A DNA stretch of 64,000 nucleotides, from the NCBI GenBank assembly GCA_013239625.1, contig MU053216.1, positions 2,632,943 to 2,696,942 on the forward strand, in the 5' to 3' direction. Below, piece by piece: positions 24,651 to 36,770 of the stretch. Positions within the stretch are counted from its first letter, which is position 1; each line of letters opens with the position of its first letter. The notes under the pieces are model-generated. The model was not told the DNA's origin, made no database searches, and saw only the letters and a list, made by a program, of their open reading frames with translations. Source of the DNA: Lama guanicoe. Taxonomy: Eukaryota. The position numbers were made by a program, and so were the translations under genes.

Positions 24651-26434
24651 TAAGTAAACGAGAGCCAACACTGGGAACTTCAGTGTACTCAGTGTAGGTG
24701 TCCTACGTGATTAATCGGGACCAGTCCTGGGACGAGCCTGTGACCTCAGAATGGTCTCCCTCCGTGTAAGGGTCTGACTCACTTACTTAGACTTTATTTC
24801 AAAACGTTATTTTGAACACGTTAGCATCATCTTACCGGATTTATTTCTGATCTGATGACTTAACTGGGGAACAGATCACTGCAAGACAAAAAAAAAAAGG
24901 CAGCAAGTACGTATTTCATCTTTCCTGTGACAGGCACGCTGAGGGATTTAAGAAGAAGTGAGACACAGCCCAGTCCCTCTATTGTCAACGTAGCCGAGAA
25001 ACTTAATGAAAATAGGATAACATAATAGGATCACGCGGGTGCTCTAGGAGAAGGCAGACTGAGAAGAGTCTGGACAGCAGGTGGTGATGACAATTTAGGG
25101 GAAATGAAGCAGCACTCAGTGAGAGGGGAAGAAGTTCAAAAAAAGAAACTGAAGATTATCTTCTAATTCTCCCCGTCCACCCATGCCGAGTCTACCATAG
25201 CCACACGGTACCTGGGGAGGCAACAGCGTATGCTTTCGAGTGCGTGGGTGAGGATGCTGGTGTGCTTCCTTGAGTCACGGCCCCCAGACAGACCCCACGA
25301 GCGTAGGCAACGTGAATGGAAGTTTCCCTTAATTTGTGTGATTGGGGGTGTTGGGAGTCACATTCAGGAAACCCCAGGAGGGCTCTGGAGAGTGTCCTGG
25401 CTGCAGTGGAACTTCTGACACTGTTTTGGAGAGGCTCCAGATTTGTCTTATCGTGCGATTTGGTGTGTTCCAGGCTCTGAACCAGCCGTAGGACACCTCA
25501 GGGCCCAGACTGATGGGCAGGGAGAGTCTGTTTCTTCAGTGAACGTGGAAGCTTTGATTGTGGCAAGACTCATGCAAGGTCTCTCGAGGGGCCTGAAGGC
25601 GGTAAACAGGACCCCACAGCTGCTCCTCTGAGGCTGAGTTACAGTCGCAGGTGGGTCCCTGCGTGGCATGGGGTGGGTCTGAACTGAACCCACCAGCACG
25701 ACTACAGCGGACATTCTCCGTAAATGTGAAATAGTCAAACGTGTCGCACCGGAAAGGAGAAACAGTAAAGGTATTTGATGCTGTTTCTTGGAATATTGGA
25801 AATTCCAATGGTGTGTAAACTGGGTAAGAGTTGGTTTGAACCAGGTGCCACCAACTACCGACTTTATGGAACTGGCTTCGGGCCTCAGTCCCTCCTCTCC
25901 CACGCGGGGGTGACAGAACAGCCAGCTCACCAGGAGCTGTAGGAGCTGAACTAACGGTGGGAGGCACAGCAGGAAGGGACCTACGAGCGGTGACCACTGC
26001 TGTTCTGGGCGGCAGCACCCTCAGCTGAGAAAGTCGACGTGAGATCAGGCAGATGCGGGCTGACATCAAGCCCTACCACGCTGGTAAAGCATCTGTTTTT
26101 GCCGCAGAAAAAGGAAAGCGATGAAGCTGACACTGAGCTGTTACAGTGATGACGTTAAACAAGAGGGACTGGCTCTTAGTAGGTTCACAAGAAAACAAAA
26201 GCAATACCATGGCTTCGGTGTCCCGCCACTTTTTTTGTAAACGTCTGCGGACCCTGGGTCTGGCAGAACAGACAGAGAGGTACTGCCGGTCACAGCCCGG
26301 CTTCCCCGCCGTTAGCTACCTTCGCACTGGGAATGCGGGCTGTGACGGCGCCTGAGGGAACGGACCGCCTAAATCTCTACACATGCACTGGAGATTTTTA
26401 GGAATCGGGCGAGTCAAAGAATGCTAGAATAACT

Positions 26435-26631
26435 AAAAAAAAAAAAAAAAAAAANNNNNNNNNNNNNNNNNNNNNNNNNNNNNNNNNNNNNNNNNNNNNN
26501 NNNNNNNNNNNNNNNNNNNNNNNNNNNNNNNNNNNNNNNNNNNNNNNNNNNNNNNNNNNNNNNNNNNNNNNNNNNNNNNNNNNNNNNNNNNNNNNNNNNN
26601 NNNNNNNNNNNNAAAAAAAAAAAAAAAAAAA
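26435..26631. other. Assembly gap (158 N, 26455-26612) flanked by poly(A) runs
   Basis: A20 at 26435-26454 and A19 at 26613-26631 around the N run. Confidence 0.98.
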
Positions 26632-27011
26632 CTTCCTGGCTGCCTGTGTTACGGCCACTTTGCTTTATCCAAAGAGGTAAATTAAAGAATGGTTCTGGAA
26701 AACATGTACTCCCCATCACCCCTGCTTAGCCAAAGCTTCTTAGACAGGTCGCCTTGGAATATTTCCCAGTTACTTTTCCCCTCTGGGGTCTCCAAAATGT
26801 CACAGCCCCTCAAAAAAGTTAATTCTGGTCCTGGGTGTCACTAATGAGCTACTCCAGCTGCTCACAACTGCCACTGAGCTGCTTGAAACATCAAAATTAA
26901 AACGGAAAATGCGTCATTAAGAAACATTGATTTTGTGCTTCCAAACATGACTGAGTCCGGCAGAGGAATGAGATGACAATTTACTTTCTGTCACCTCCAG
27001 AGTTAACTGGG

Positions 27012-27016
<5 letters not shown>

Positions 27017-27049
<33 letters not shown>
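27017..27049. repeat. (CA)n microsatellite ~350 bp upstream of the putative TSS
   Basis: Direct read. Confidence 0.95.
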
Positions 27050-27052
<3 letters not shown>

Positions 27053-27289
27053 GTTTTCCTGACAGGCAAACAAGCACATCACAGTCAAATCCGCGGGGCA
27101 GGGGGATAAAAGGGCAAAAAAAAAATCTCGAAAAAGCTGAGCTTCCCATCTCCTCCCACCAGCCTCTGTGCAGGATGACTTCAGCCCCTCTCTTAACTAA
27201 TCCTGTGACTGTAAAACCCTACAGTCATTCTTCCACACATAAAGGACAAATAAGCCGGAGAGGAGGACCCAGACGCTTTCAGTTTTAAC

Positions 27290-27410
27290 TGCTCACCAAT
27301 GGTGGAGGAGGCAGGACGCCCGGCTGCGGCCGGCGGCCAATGGGGCGGCTGCTGCCTCCCACATGACTGGCTGCCCTGTCTTTCACATGGGCTGCAATTT
27401 AGTTCAATTC
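27290..27410 (+). promoter_or_regulatory. TATA-less proximal promoter: two CCAAT boxes, GC box, Inr-like motifs
   Basis: CCAAT at 27296-27300 and 27337-27341, GGGGCGG at 27342-27348, and YYANWYY matches at 27399-27405 and 27404-27410. This places the CCAAT boxes near -100 and -60, the usual NF-Y positions. Confidence 0.75.
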
Positions 27411-28060
27411 AGAACTGCAGATGGTACAGTTCCCGGGCGCAGGGACGTCCGGCGCGGACGCGGAGCCCCGCGCGCCTCCCAGGGAGCCCTGCCCTGCCCC
27501 CGCCGCGTGCACCGGGGACGCTGCACCTGCGCCGGGACGCGCTGGCCGGAGCCCCTGCTGCGGCCCCGGGGACGGGCGCCGGCCCCGACGACCCTCCGGA
27601 CACGGTAAGTGCGCGTTCCTTTCCGTCAAGGGTGCTGATGAAAGCAGTTTCATGTCAGAAGCATCCGGCGCTGGCCGACGTGGTCTTGCGGAGGGGCTCT
27701 GCTGCGGGCGCGCGGAGGGGTGGGCCGCCGGCAGGAAGCGCTCCCGCAAACAATTGTTGCACGCCTGTCAGGGGGAGGAGGCAGAACGGAAGATCCGAGC
27801 CGCTCGCCAGCGGCGGCGCGGGCGGCTGCACCCCGGGGCCCTGCTGCAGGAGGCGGCTTTGTTCGCAGGGAGCACCGGAGGCACGGAGTGTGTGCTTGCT
27901 TGGCTCTCCTGCGCTCTGTCTGTCTGAGCAGCCCCGATCTGTCCCCAGGGAACACAGAAGACAAACTTTTCGGACTCCACTGCCGAGGGCACCGTCCACT
28001 CTGCGGACGTCTGACAGTTAGTACACTTAGCTGCGAAAGGCGGCCGGGACACCTGGGCAG
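27300..28060. promoter_or_regulatory. CpG island
   Basis: ~750 bp of very GC- and CpG-rich sequence overlapping the promoter and first exon. Confidence 0.85.
27401..27604 (+). other. Putative first exon (probably 5' UTR) of a + strand gene; start approximate
   Basis: Lies directly downstream of the CCAAT/GC promoter and ends at CACG|GTAAGT (27605-27610), a perfect intronic donor consensus. Confidence 0.7.
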
Positions 28061-28669
28061 ACGCTCTTACGTTCTGAACAATGGCTTCAAGCCAGGGCTT
28101 TCTTTTTACTTATTTTTTAGCCACCACTTTCCAGGGTCTAACAATGCCAGGGGCTGAACTGGTTTTCATGTTTTCGTCCGCAAAATGTGAAAGCAAGTCC
28201 CGGCAGAAGGGGAAGGCTCCTGAAAGTGGCCAGTGTAAAGACAGGAGGGAGGGACAGCTTTCTGTCTCAGGATCCAGCCTTCCATCTATAAAGATTTTTT
28301 TTTTTTGAAATTCCTAATAGGGTGGAGTGAGGATGTGGGGGTGGGGAGGAAACATGCGGAAGCTTCTTTATAGAAGAATGCTTAGAGAATAAAGTAATTT
28401 TTTTTTACATTTTTTTACTAGCACAAGAGGGTATGGTTAGCATCTAAGTCACATTGATGGTGAGTTTTTTTTTTTGATGGAGTTTCAAACAGAAGCAACA
28501 TACAAGCAGGTTTTTTTTTTAATCATTTATAAAATAATTGGAAACAAATGGGGGAGAGATCCTGGACCATTGCTTTCTTCTTACACCAGCAATGCATGAT
28601 GCCTTCCCTTCTAGAACCATCCAAATCCTTAAAAAGTTATCAGCTGAGTCTGCTAAGAAATGAAAAGGT

Positions 28670-28689
28670 AAATCACATCGATGTGATTT
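28670..28689. repeat. Perfect 20-bp palindrome
   Basis: aaatcacatcgatgtgattt equals its own reverse complement. Confidence 0.95.
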
Positions 28690-31600
28690 TTCACTGATGA
28701 AGATTTCGAACAGCAAAGCCTCCAGCAGCAAAAAAAAGGGAGTTTGTGAGAAAGCCTCGTCCTCCTGATTTTTGAAAGAAAATATCAACTCCATCAATTG
28801 TTGAAGGGACTTATTCAAAGGCTCCAGACATAACTAATTACGGGCGTGTCTGGAGCTTGTGTTCTAATTATAAAAGTCCAAGAGGTTTAGGATTCATAAT
28901 TTTTTTAAAGAGGACTTGGACACACGTTTTCACATAATCTTTTTTAAATACACCATTTTTTTTCTTTGTCTGCTCTCCTGCCATCCACACCTCCCCCACC
29001 GCCGCCCACTGTGTGCCCAGACACCTGAAGGCTACACATAATGATCAACAGAGCCCCAGGCTGTCTGGACCCCGGCCAGGTCCCCCCTCCACAATCAAGG
29101 AGCCTGCACGCATGTACGCCCAGCCTGTCCCCCTGCTCCGTGCAGATCCGGGATGTAAGTCTTACACACACTGCGGAAAGATTAAAGACAACAGTATCCC
29201 CTTTCTCTTACCCCAGACAGCCTCGATTTTTAACCCCTTCACCGCCTTCAAAACCAAGACGTCTCCTCCGTGCCAGCGCCAGTCCCGGGGGGACCCTGCG
29301 TCTCCTGCACCATATTACACAGATGCATACGCCTCATTTGGTAGAGAAATCGCATCTCCACAGACCCACCGGGATATTTTAGGATTCAGAGCGGGATAAC
29401 TAAACCGAACAGGATCTGCTTACACAGGAAAGGCATTTTTGAATGAAATGAAGCTGTATGAAAGCTGGAAAAAGTCAGAGGTCTGTGGCAAGATTCTTGC
29501 AAACCTTGCAGAAGGTTATGCCGTTTCTGATCATGCTGTTTCTTAAGCCTCTCTGTCTCTGTCTCTCTCATACACACACGAACACACACACTCACTCAGG
29601 AGACACACTCAGCCAGACACATTATATCACTCTATCACAGAGAGACCCAGGTTTGCCGGTGATGTCATCACCCATAAAATTTCGCCTTTGTGGGCAGCAT
29701 TTTCAATCACCTAATTGCCAGTGTCTGCTGGGTGTCTGTCCATAGGAAGTTCACATGTTTGTGGAGTGAATCGACCCCCACAGGAAAGGACTGTTTTATT
29801 TGTAACCATCTTTCTCTTGAAGACGTGTTCTGGGGCAGTGTGGCCATGTTCATCAAGATACATGCAGTCAGGCGGAGTTTCCTGGTTCTAGGAAGCTTTA
29901 TTAATGTGCTGGCTGAACGTTTCAGAGGTGGCTGAATTTCAGTGATGTAAATAGGATGTAGAAATGGTGGGCATTTTGAAATCATTTGGATAAAAATGCT
30001 ACAGTACTGATAATTTGTTCTGATTTGGGGACTGTTATTTGCCACTCAAATATTTGTAACCTATTAAATCATTTTTACTAGTTACATATTGCATAAGGAA
30101 AAACAGAGACAAATGATTCAGAAGTGATGCTCATTTCATGTGCTTTGGGGTGAATGAAAGTTGGATTAAAATTTTGTGGGCTGGTACAGCGTTTGTATGT
30201 ATTTCCAAGTCTATTTTGTGGGTCTTAGGCTAAATAGGCATGCGCCAAACAAGTCTTCAGATTTTTAGTGACGTGGGTATTTAAGTACATGGTTTTATTT
30301 TACTTAGCTGAAACAGAACCAAGTTCAATAATTTTGACAAAACATATTGCCACATCGGAGGCATAAACATAGAACAACTCTGTATACACGGCGTCCCTTA
30401 ATTACCGAGTTTTGCTGTATAGTTTAAATTAATTTCCATTAATGCAGAAAGATGGGATATACGTACCAGTTCTTATCTGTCTAGTGTTTGACACATTATT
30501 TTCTTAATTTTGGAATTTGCTCTTAATACTTCTTTCATGTGTATTTTAAAAAGGATTAATTTTGAAAGGATTTGCGAATCATGTGTATATGAGCAACACA
30601 ATTTACACGCCAACACACAAGTCACTGAGATTAATTTTGCTGGTGTATTGTGTGGTGGTTTTAAAACAAGTGAAAAAGAGCTTTTTTTTTTTGGCTTTCA
30701 TGTTACTACTACTACTGAGAAAAATATACAGCTTAAAGAATGAACACATTTTGTACTTAGAAAAGGCAAGCTGCACAAGTTAGGTGACATTCTATGGGGT
30801 AAGACTCCAGGCGCATTGATAAATGACTTTTCTGAGAAATTCTTAGGCCTGACGCTGTAATTTTACATAAACAGTTCTTCCCAAATATAGCAGAGGTCTT
30901 GCCTGAGGATGAATTATATAATTGTTTTATCAGAGATTGAAAAAATGAGCAAACAGTTGGACTTAAATTTCACCTACTTTCTAAAAACAAAATGTGACCT
31001 TGCCCACTGGGGATACAGGTTACTAAAAAGGCATCTTTCAAAGAAAAGATAATGGACTTGATTGAAATAGTTGAACTACGTAACGCCAGCTCAAGAACAA
31101 ATGCTTTTTCAGAGCGTAACAGAGGGAAGACAATTTGCTACAGTGCAGTTTATTCTTCTTACACAGCAGTAATGATTTATTTGAAATGGCAGAACAAACT
31201 TAGTAAATACACAAAAGCAACCAATGGTACCTTATGTCAGGGAATCTTAAGAAGATTCTTGTGTTTCCTGTGTTAGAATAGACTGAATTCAGCTGTTTAT
31301 CTGAAGACTTTAGTTAAAACCAGTCTCTTGCTTAGCATGTGTTGACAGTGTAATCATGTGTTTTTGTACATGCATGTAGCACATTTAGTATACATAAGTC
31401 ATGTATTTGAACACAGGATTGTGACCAAAAATCGCTGTCAGTATTGTATTAGAACCAGAGTTTTAAAAACGCTCTCGAGCTAGAACACTAACACTTTAAT
31501 ATAATGACATTTGGGCTGGGATGCCAGCTGCCCATGTCCACGCTAGCAGAGGGGTCTGCTCAGATCGTGGCTAAATTAATGTACTGTTGATGTAATTGTT

Positions 31601-32795
31601 GCAAATAGCCTCCTATCAAAAACATTTTAATTACATCATAACATATGACTCTAATTTGGCAAACAGCACAAAATATTTTTTTTAAAATCTTCTCTGTTTC
31701 TTACCATTACGAAGATGATTTCTAAAAGTAGACTCACATTCATAATTTCTCTTGATGGGAAGAGAGTTGTTTTGTTTTTTTTTCCCCAAATTTAGCCTTT
31801 AGGCATAGGGCTTGGAACTATTTTGAGCAGATGCCCAGGCACTGCACGGAGAATGCCCTGGCACCTCGAGTCCCGAGGATGGAAGAAGGGAAACTGGTTT
31901 GGTTGCTTCGTGCCTCACATTTTATCCTTCCAAACCCACATGCAGACTGCACTCAAGATTCACTGGAGTGGAAAACGATCATTTTCACAATTTTCAAAAG
32001 ATCCACGGTCCTGGTGATGCCCCGTGAGGGAGATGTGTTGGAAGGGTGACCGAATGTCCCACTGCCTAACACTCAGGGACGCCCAGGGAGGCGCTGGGGT
32101 CACATGGACGCATGAATCACAGCTAGGAAATGAACTGTGTGTCGCATGTTTGGAGGCTGAAAAAGAAACATTGGGGATATTTTCCCAGAAACAGATTTGG
32201 GGTGGATTTCTGGCACATCTTTTTAAACATCGAGCTTGCAGTTCAGCTGAAATAACTTTTTATCCGTATAGCTAAGACCAGATGGCCCTGATCTCCTTTC
32301 TTATTTAGATGAGACTTTTCCTTTCAATAACATCTTTCTTCCTGACCTGCTTAAATATTCCAGCAAATGAAATCAGCACAGGATTTTCAATTCTAATTGA
32401 CCACGTGCAGAGGAAGGGCCGGTGGGGAAGTCAGTGGAGGCATTGTGAGCCTCACGGCCTCGGTTTTGTCTCTGTGTTTTCCCCTTACTCGCCAGTCTAA
32501 ACGAATCGCAAATACACAATTTTTACTAACATAAATATAGCTGCAAGATCAATCCTCAGAGCACATTCCTCGAGTTGGCTGCTCCTGCCATTTTATCACA
32601 AGTCGTTTTATTTTAAAAAGTTATCATGCACTTCCAGAGTCTCTCAGCTAGCTGGTAAGCTTTTTATTGGTTAAAAAAATAATGCACTGAAATACTGGCA
32701 TAATGGTTGAATTAAGATGAAAGAATGATGGTGCTAAATGTGTTTTCCTTGCCACGTGAATAAATCATAACTATGGGAATAGATACATACAAACA

Positions 32796-32840
32796 TATAT
32801 ATATATATATATATATACACAAATATATATATATATATAC
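32796..32840. repeat. Interrupted (TA)n microsatellite
   Basis: Direct read. Confidence 0.9.
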
Positions 32841-35800
32841 TTTTAAATTTACCATGAGAACACCAACTACCTAAAATTCTTGCTTCATTATGCATAGAGC
32901 GATTATCTTAAGAAAACGGTTTTTCTGGACATTTCACTGGACTTGGATTAGAAAAGGCACCAAACACTGAAGATGCTCTGCATAGTTGGTGTAGCTCAGC
33001 TGATCACACATGCTGTAAAATGGGCATTTAAGTTCTCAGTTTTTTATTTCTTTTCGACAAGTTCTTAACTCAAATAATTTTCTTCCTAGTTTATGACAGC
33101 AAAGAGTCAAAGATGTCCTCTTCGTTAAAAATTTAATTTTAGGATGGTAAAAACGTTAGAGGGAAACAGGTTTCATTCTGATACCAATGCTGATTGTTTT
33201 GACTAATGACGATGGAAAGAAGCAGGTACCAAAGTGGGGGCACGTTTTAGAAGATACAGACTAGAGAGAAGAGAAGCTCCGATTAGCTGTCGGTGCGATT
33301 GAACCCTCTGGCCTCACAGTAGCCCTGCCCCTGTTTGGAACCCTTTGCTCTCTTCTCCTTTAGGTAAAACCTTTTATCTCCAGCCAGTCTACTGTCTAGC
33401 TGTCAGTGGTAGGGTGCCCTGTCAAAAGCCACACTAGTGGAATTGTTCGAAAAATGCATCTTGTGACTGATAAGATCACTTGGAATTTCTTTGCATCCAA
33501 ATTGTACAAAACCTGAAATGTGATTGTCATGGGATTCACCACCACGAAGGCATGTTCTAAAGCATCAACATATGAAGCCAATTCGTTATGAATCTTGTCA
33601 TTAAATTTTCAAGATTGTCAAATATATGTATGTATGTATATGTGCTGCACATATGTATATATACACATATATACGAGTCAGTTTGTGTTATCAAAACATT
33701 AGCGCTCTCATGCCATTATGCATAGGTGTTGATTAATATGTCTCTTTTATATTTGGTGATTTTCCCAGTGGTTGGCAAATTATAAAAATCCATTAGAAAA
33801 ATAGATATGAAGGATTTAGCCAATTCTCTTTCCACTACCCTAAGCGAATAAAATGTAGTTAGAAACTGAAGTCAAAATATGAACAGAAATCTGCGTATAA
33901 TACAAGAGTCGCAGGTATTGAATGACACAAATTTTTAGCTTAGTTTTGCTTTTAAAAACAACGGATTTTCATTAGCAATGAAACTAGTCCTTGATGTGGG
34001 AGGTGATGGATAATGGAATCTTGGGGAAATTATTTTAAGTGATATTGGTGTTGTGATGTGTGATGGGTGAAGCTAAGATATTCAAAACAGGTAGGTGTAC
34101 TAAATAAGAAGCAGAGGCCTTAGCTCTCCCCGTTGTGTCTTCTTCCATGTTATTCTGAAAATCAGTCAGGTCTGGCTCTGCAGACTCAGAGAGAGTCACA
34201 CGTCCTGAACGCATCGGGGCATTTTTACCTCCGCGGGGCTCTGCTCCTCCACCCGTCTGCCTGTGCATCCTGGATGCAGCAGGTGAACAGCATGGGAGAA
34301 AGCATGTCTGTGTGAAGCTGTGTGACATGCCTGCCTCTCACTCTGTCCCCTCAGAGACAGAGACCCTAGAGAAACCCAGGCTTCCCTGGGGTCTCCCGGG
34401 AACCCTCTGCATCTATTTTTATGCTCCTTCTAAAGCCCCCTTCCCCAGACTCGCACACATCCAAACCCTCGAGACGCCCTTCGGCTTAGGGAGGACTTGG
34501 CCTCACCCTCAATTTGGCAGCTTCGGTTCATCTCAGAGCTGTAGATTTTTAAAACTGTGTATTTTTAAACTGAAGGAAGTAGGGCTAGCCAGGCACACAG
34601 GACATTAGAAGGATCTGCGTGGGGCCAGAGGCTACTCTCGGGCATCCCGCAGCACTGCAGGCTCGCGGACCGAGTCAGGAGATGACACCGGGTGTGACTG
34701 GATGGCTCCCGCCCGCAGCACGTGGCCTGTGCCCTGGTTGGGCTGCAAGGCTCCCCTCGGCCCGGGCATCTCCATCCTCCCCGCCACGCTTGCGGGGCTG
34801 TGTTTCCTGCAGGGAAGTGACTGTTTTCACTGTAAGGGCCTCACTTCTCTTTCAGGGAAGGTTGAACTAGGGAAACAAAACCTAAGTATGAGAAGAGATG
34901 ACGTTTGTCAGAATGTGAGCGTGTGAGCTGTACCAGATAATCCCCAAAGAGGAGATGTCAGAATAGGTGATTAGAGACATTTTCATCGCCCAGACGGAGT
35001 ACCTGGAAGCCTGTACGTAAATGTAACCTCTCTGTGGTGGGAAACCAGAACCAGACAAAAATTCCACCCAAGGTTTTCAGGAGCTAAGCTGATTGCTTCG
35101 GAAACATTCCCTAAATTGATTTGCCTTGTTACCAATAGTCACTTATCAAGACATGATTCCGCCCATATTGGGAGAATGAAGCTCTGGCCGGTGCCCTGGT
35201 TGTTAGAGGCCCCTTGACAAAGCATCTCTGGCCCTGAAAGGGCTTAAAGATTTAAGCTGACAACAGGGACGATGGAGAAATTCATTCTTCGGTGAGTCTG
35301 AGGACAGAAGAGGGTTAATTTTTCAAATCGCTCTGAAAAGGAGAGAAAAGACGCAAAAGAAGACGATAAAAACCTAGGAATAAATGGCTAGTGACCTGGT
35401 TGTGTTTATGGACTGTGTATCTTGAAAAGAGGAAAAAGTCCGAGCCGTGAAGTGACACTTCAGGGGTCGTCTGGACCTTTCCCGGAGGCTGGAGTCTGTG
35501 GTGTCACAGCCTGTTCGGCCTGGTCTTGACCTCTGCTCTTGACCTCTGCCCTGCTCACGTCTCCTGGGCCAGGTGCAGCGCTATGGCAAGTGCTTGCCCG
35601 TAGTGGACACCAAGGGCAAACTGCAAGTTGTGAATGAATGCAGTATGTTGAGAACATAAACCATCCAGTGGCTAGCATGCTCACGGTGCAGAAAAGCGAA
35701 GAAGGTCTGTAAACTTACATCCACTTCCTTCTGTGATCAGCAGACAGTGACTGCAGCTTTTCATCAAGGTGTAACTAAAACTCCAGTGCAATTTACATTT

Positions 35801-36499
35801 AAACCTGCTTGGTACGTGGGCTGTTCTGATGAAGTTTTGCAAGAATATTTGAAATCATGATTCCTGTCTAAACCAATTCTCTTTGAAGTAAACACAGAAA
35901 AAAGCGTATACAATGATTTCTTTTAAATTTTCACGTGGGCACCCAGCAACACACGAAGCTGCTAGGTTTAGGTTTTGTTTTTGTCTCTTTAAAAAGAATC
36001 GATTTTACTTTTAAAAATTGCATTAACCAAGAGAAGAAAACAGAATTCCCTAGAATTTTATCCTGAAATATAGCAAGACTTTTTTATTCTAACAATTCTA
36101 TGAAGTGTGTTTCTGTATTTACATAGCGTTGGATAAATATAGGAGAAAAACAATGTGTACATATTCATTCATTGAAATTTTGAATAAAGTCGCCATATTT
36201 AGGCCTCTGAAATGTAGGTTACCTTGCATAAAGCATCTAAGAATTAACTATCCAAACATAAAAGGAGAAAGTAAAGCTATTCAGGTATCAGAAAACATTC
36301 AGAGGATTTGGGATTTTATTTGATCTTTCTGCTGAATGTTTTGTTTAGCAGCTAATTCTCTAAATTACATAAATTTTCTCATTTTAAACATAAATTTTGA
36401 AGTCTGAAGAGAATGAAATCTCTAACGTATGAAGAAAACAAAAGTTTCACATTTTCTCTAGAAGTCATATATAAACATGTCTGTTTTAGCTAGAATTTA

Positions 36500-36770
36500 A
36501 AAAGTAAAAAAAAGTCATGTTTAGAAGTATTTCAGACTACATAGAAAAGTAAAATCAATCTAATATACATCCTCATCTTTCTACCACCAAGATTTATCAT
36601 TTTTCTCTATTTATTCCAAGCCATTAAAAAGATAAATATATACAGTTGAAGACTCCAATTCTTTCCCCATTTCCTGATGACCCTCTGGCTGTGGAAATCA
36701 TCATTATCTTTTACTTACTAGGTCATTTTTCATATCTCCATTTTTATACTTTCATCACCTACTTAGGTAT
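36500..36770 (-). mobile_element. Ancient L1ME-class 3' fragment
   Basis: tacagttgaagactcc...tccccatttcct...ccatttttatactttcatcacctacttaggtatc resembles the antisense L1ME 3' end. Confidence 0.5.

Noticed and set aside
27299..28157. Longest ORFs in the track (up to 240 aa) over the CpG island
   Set aside because: They overlap in many frames on both strands, are Ala/Arg/Pro/Gly-rich and run through the splice donor. This is expected from stop-codon scarcity in GC-rich DNA.
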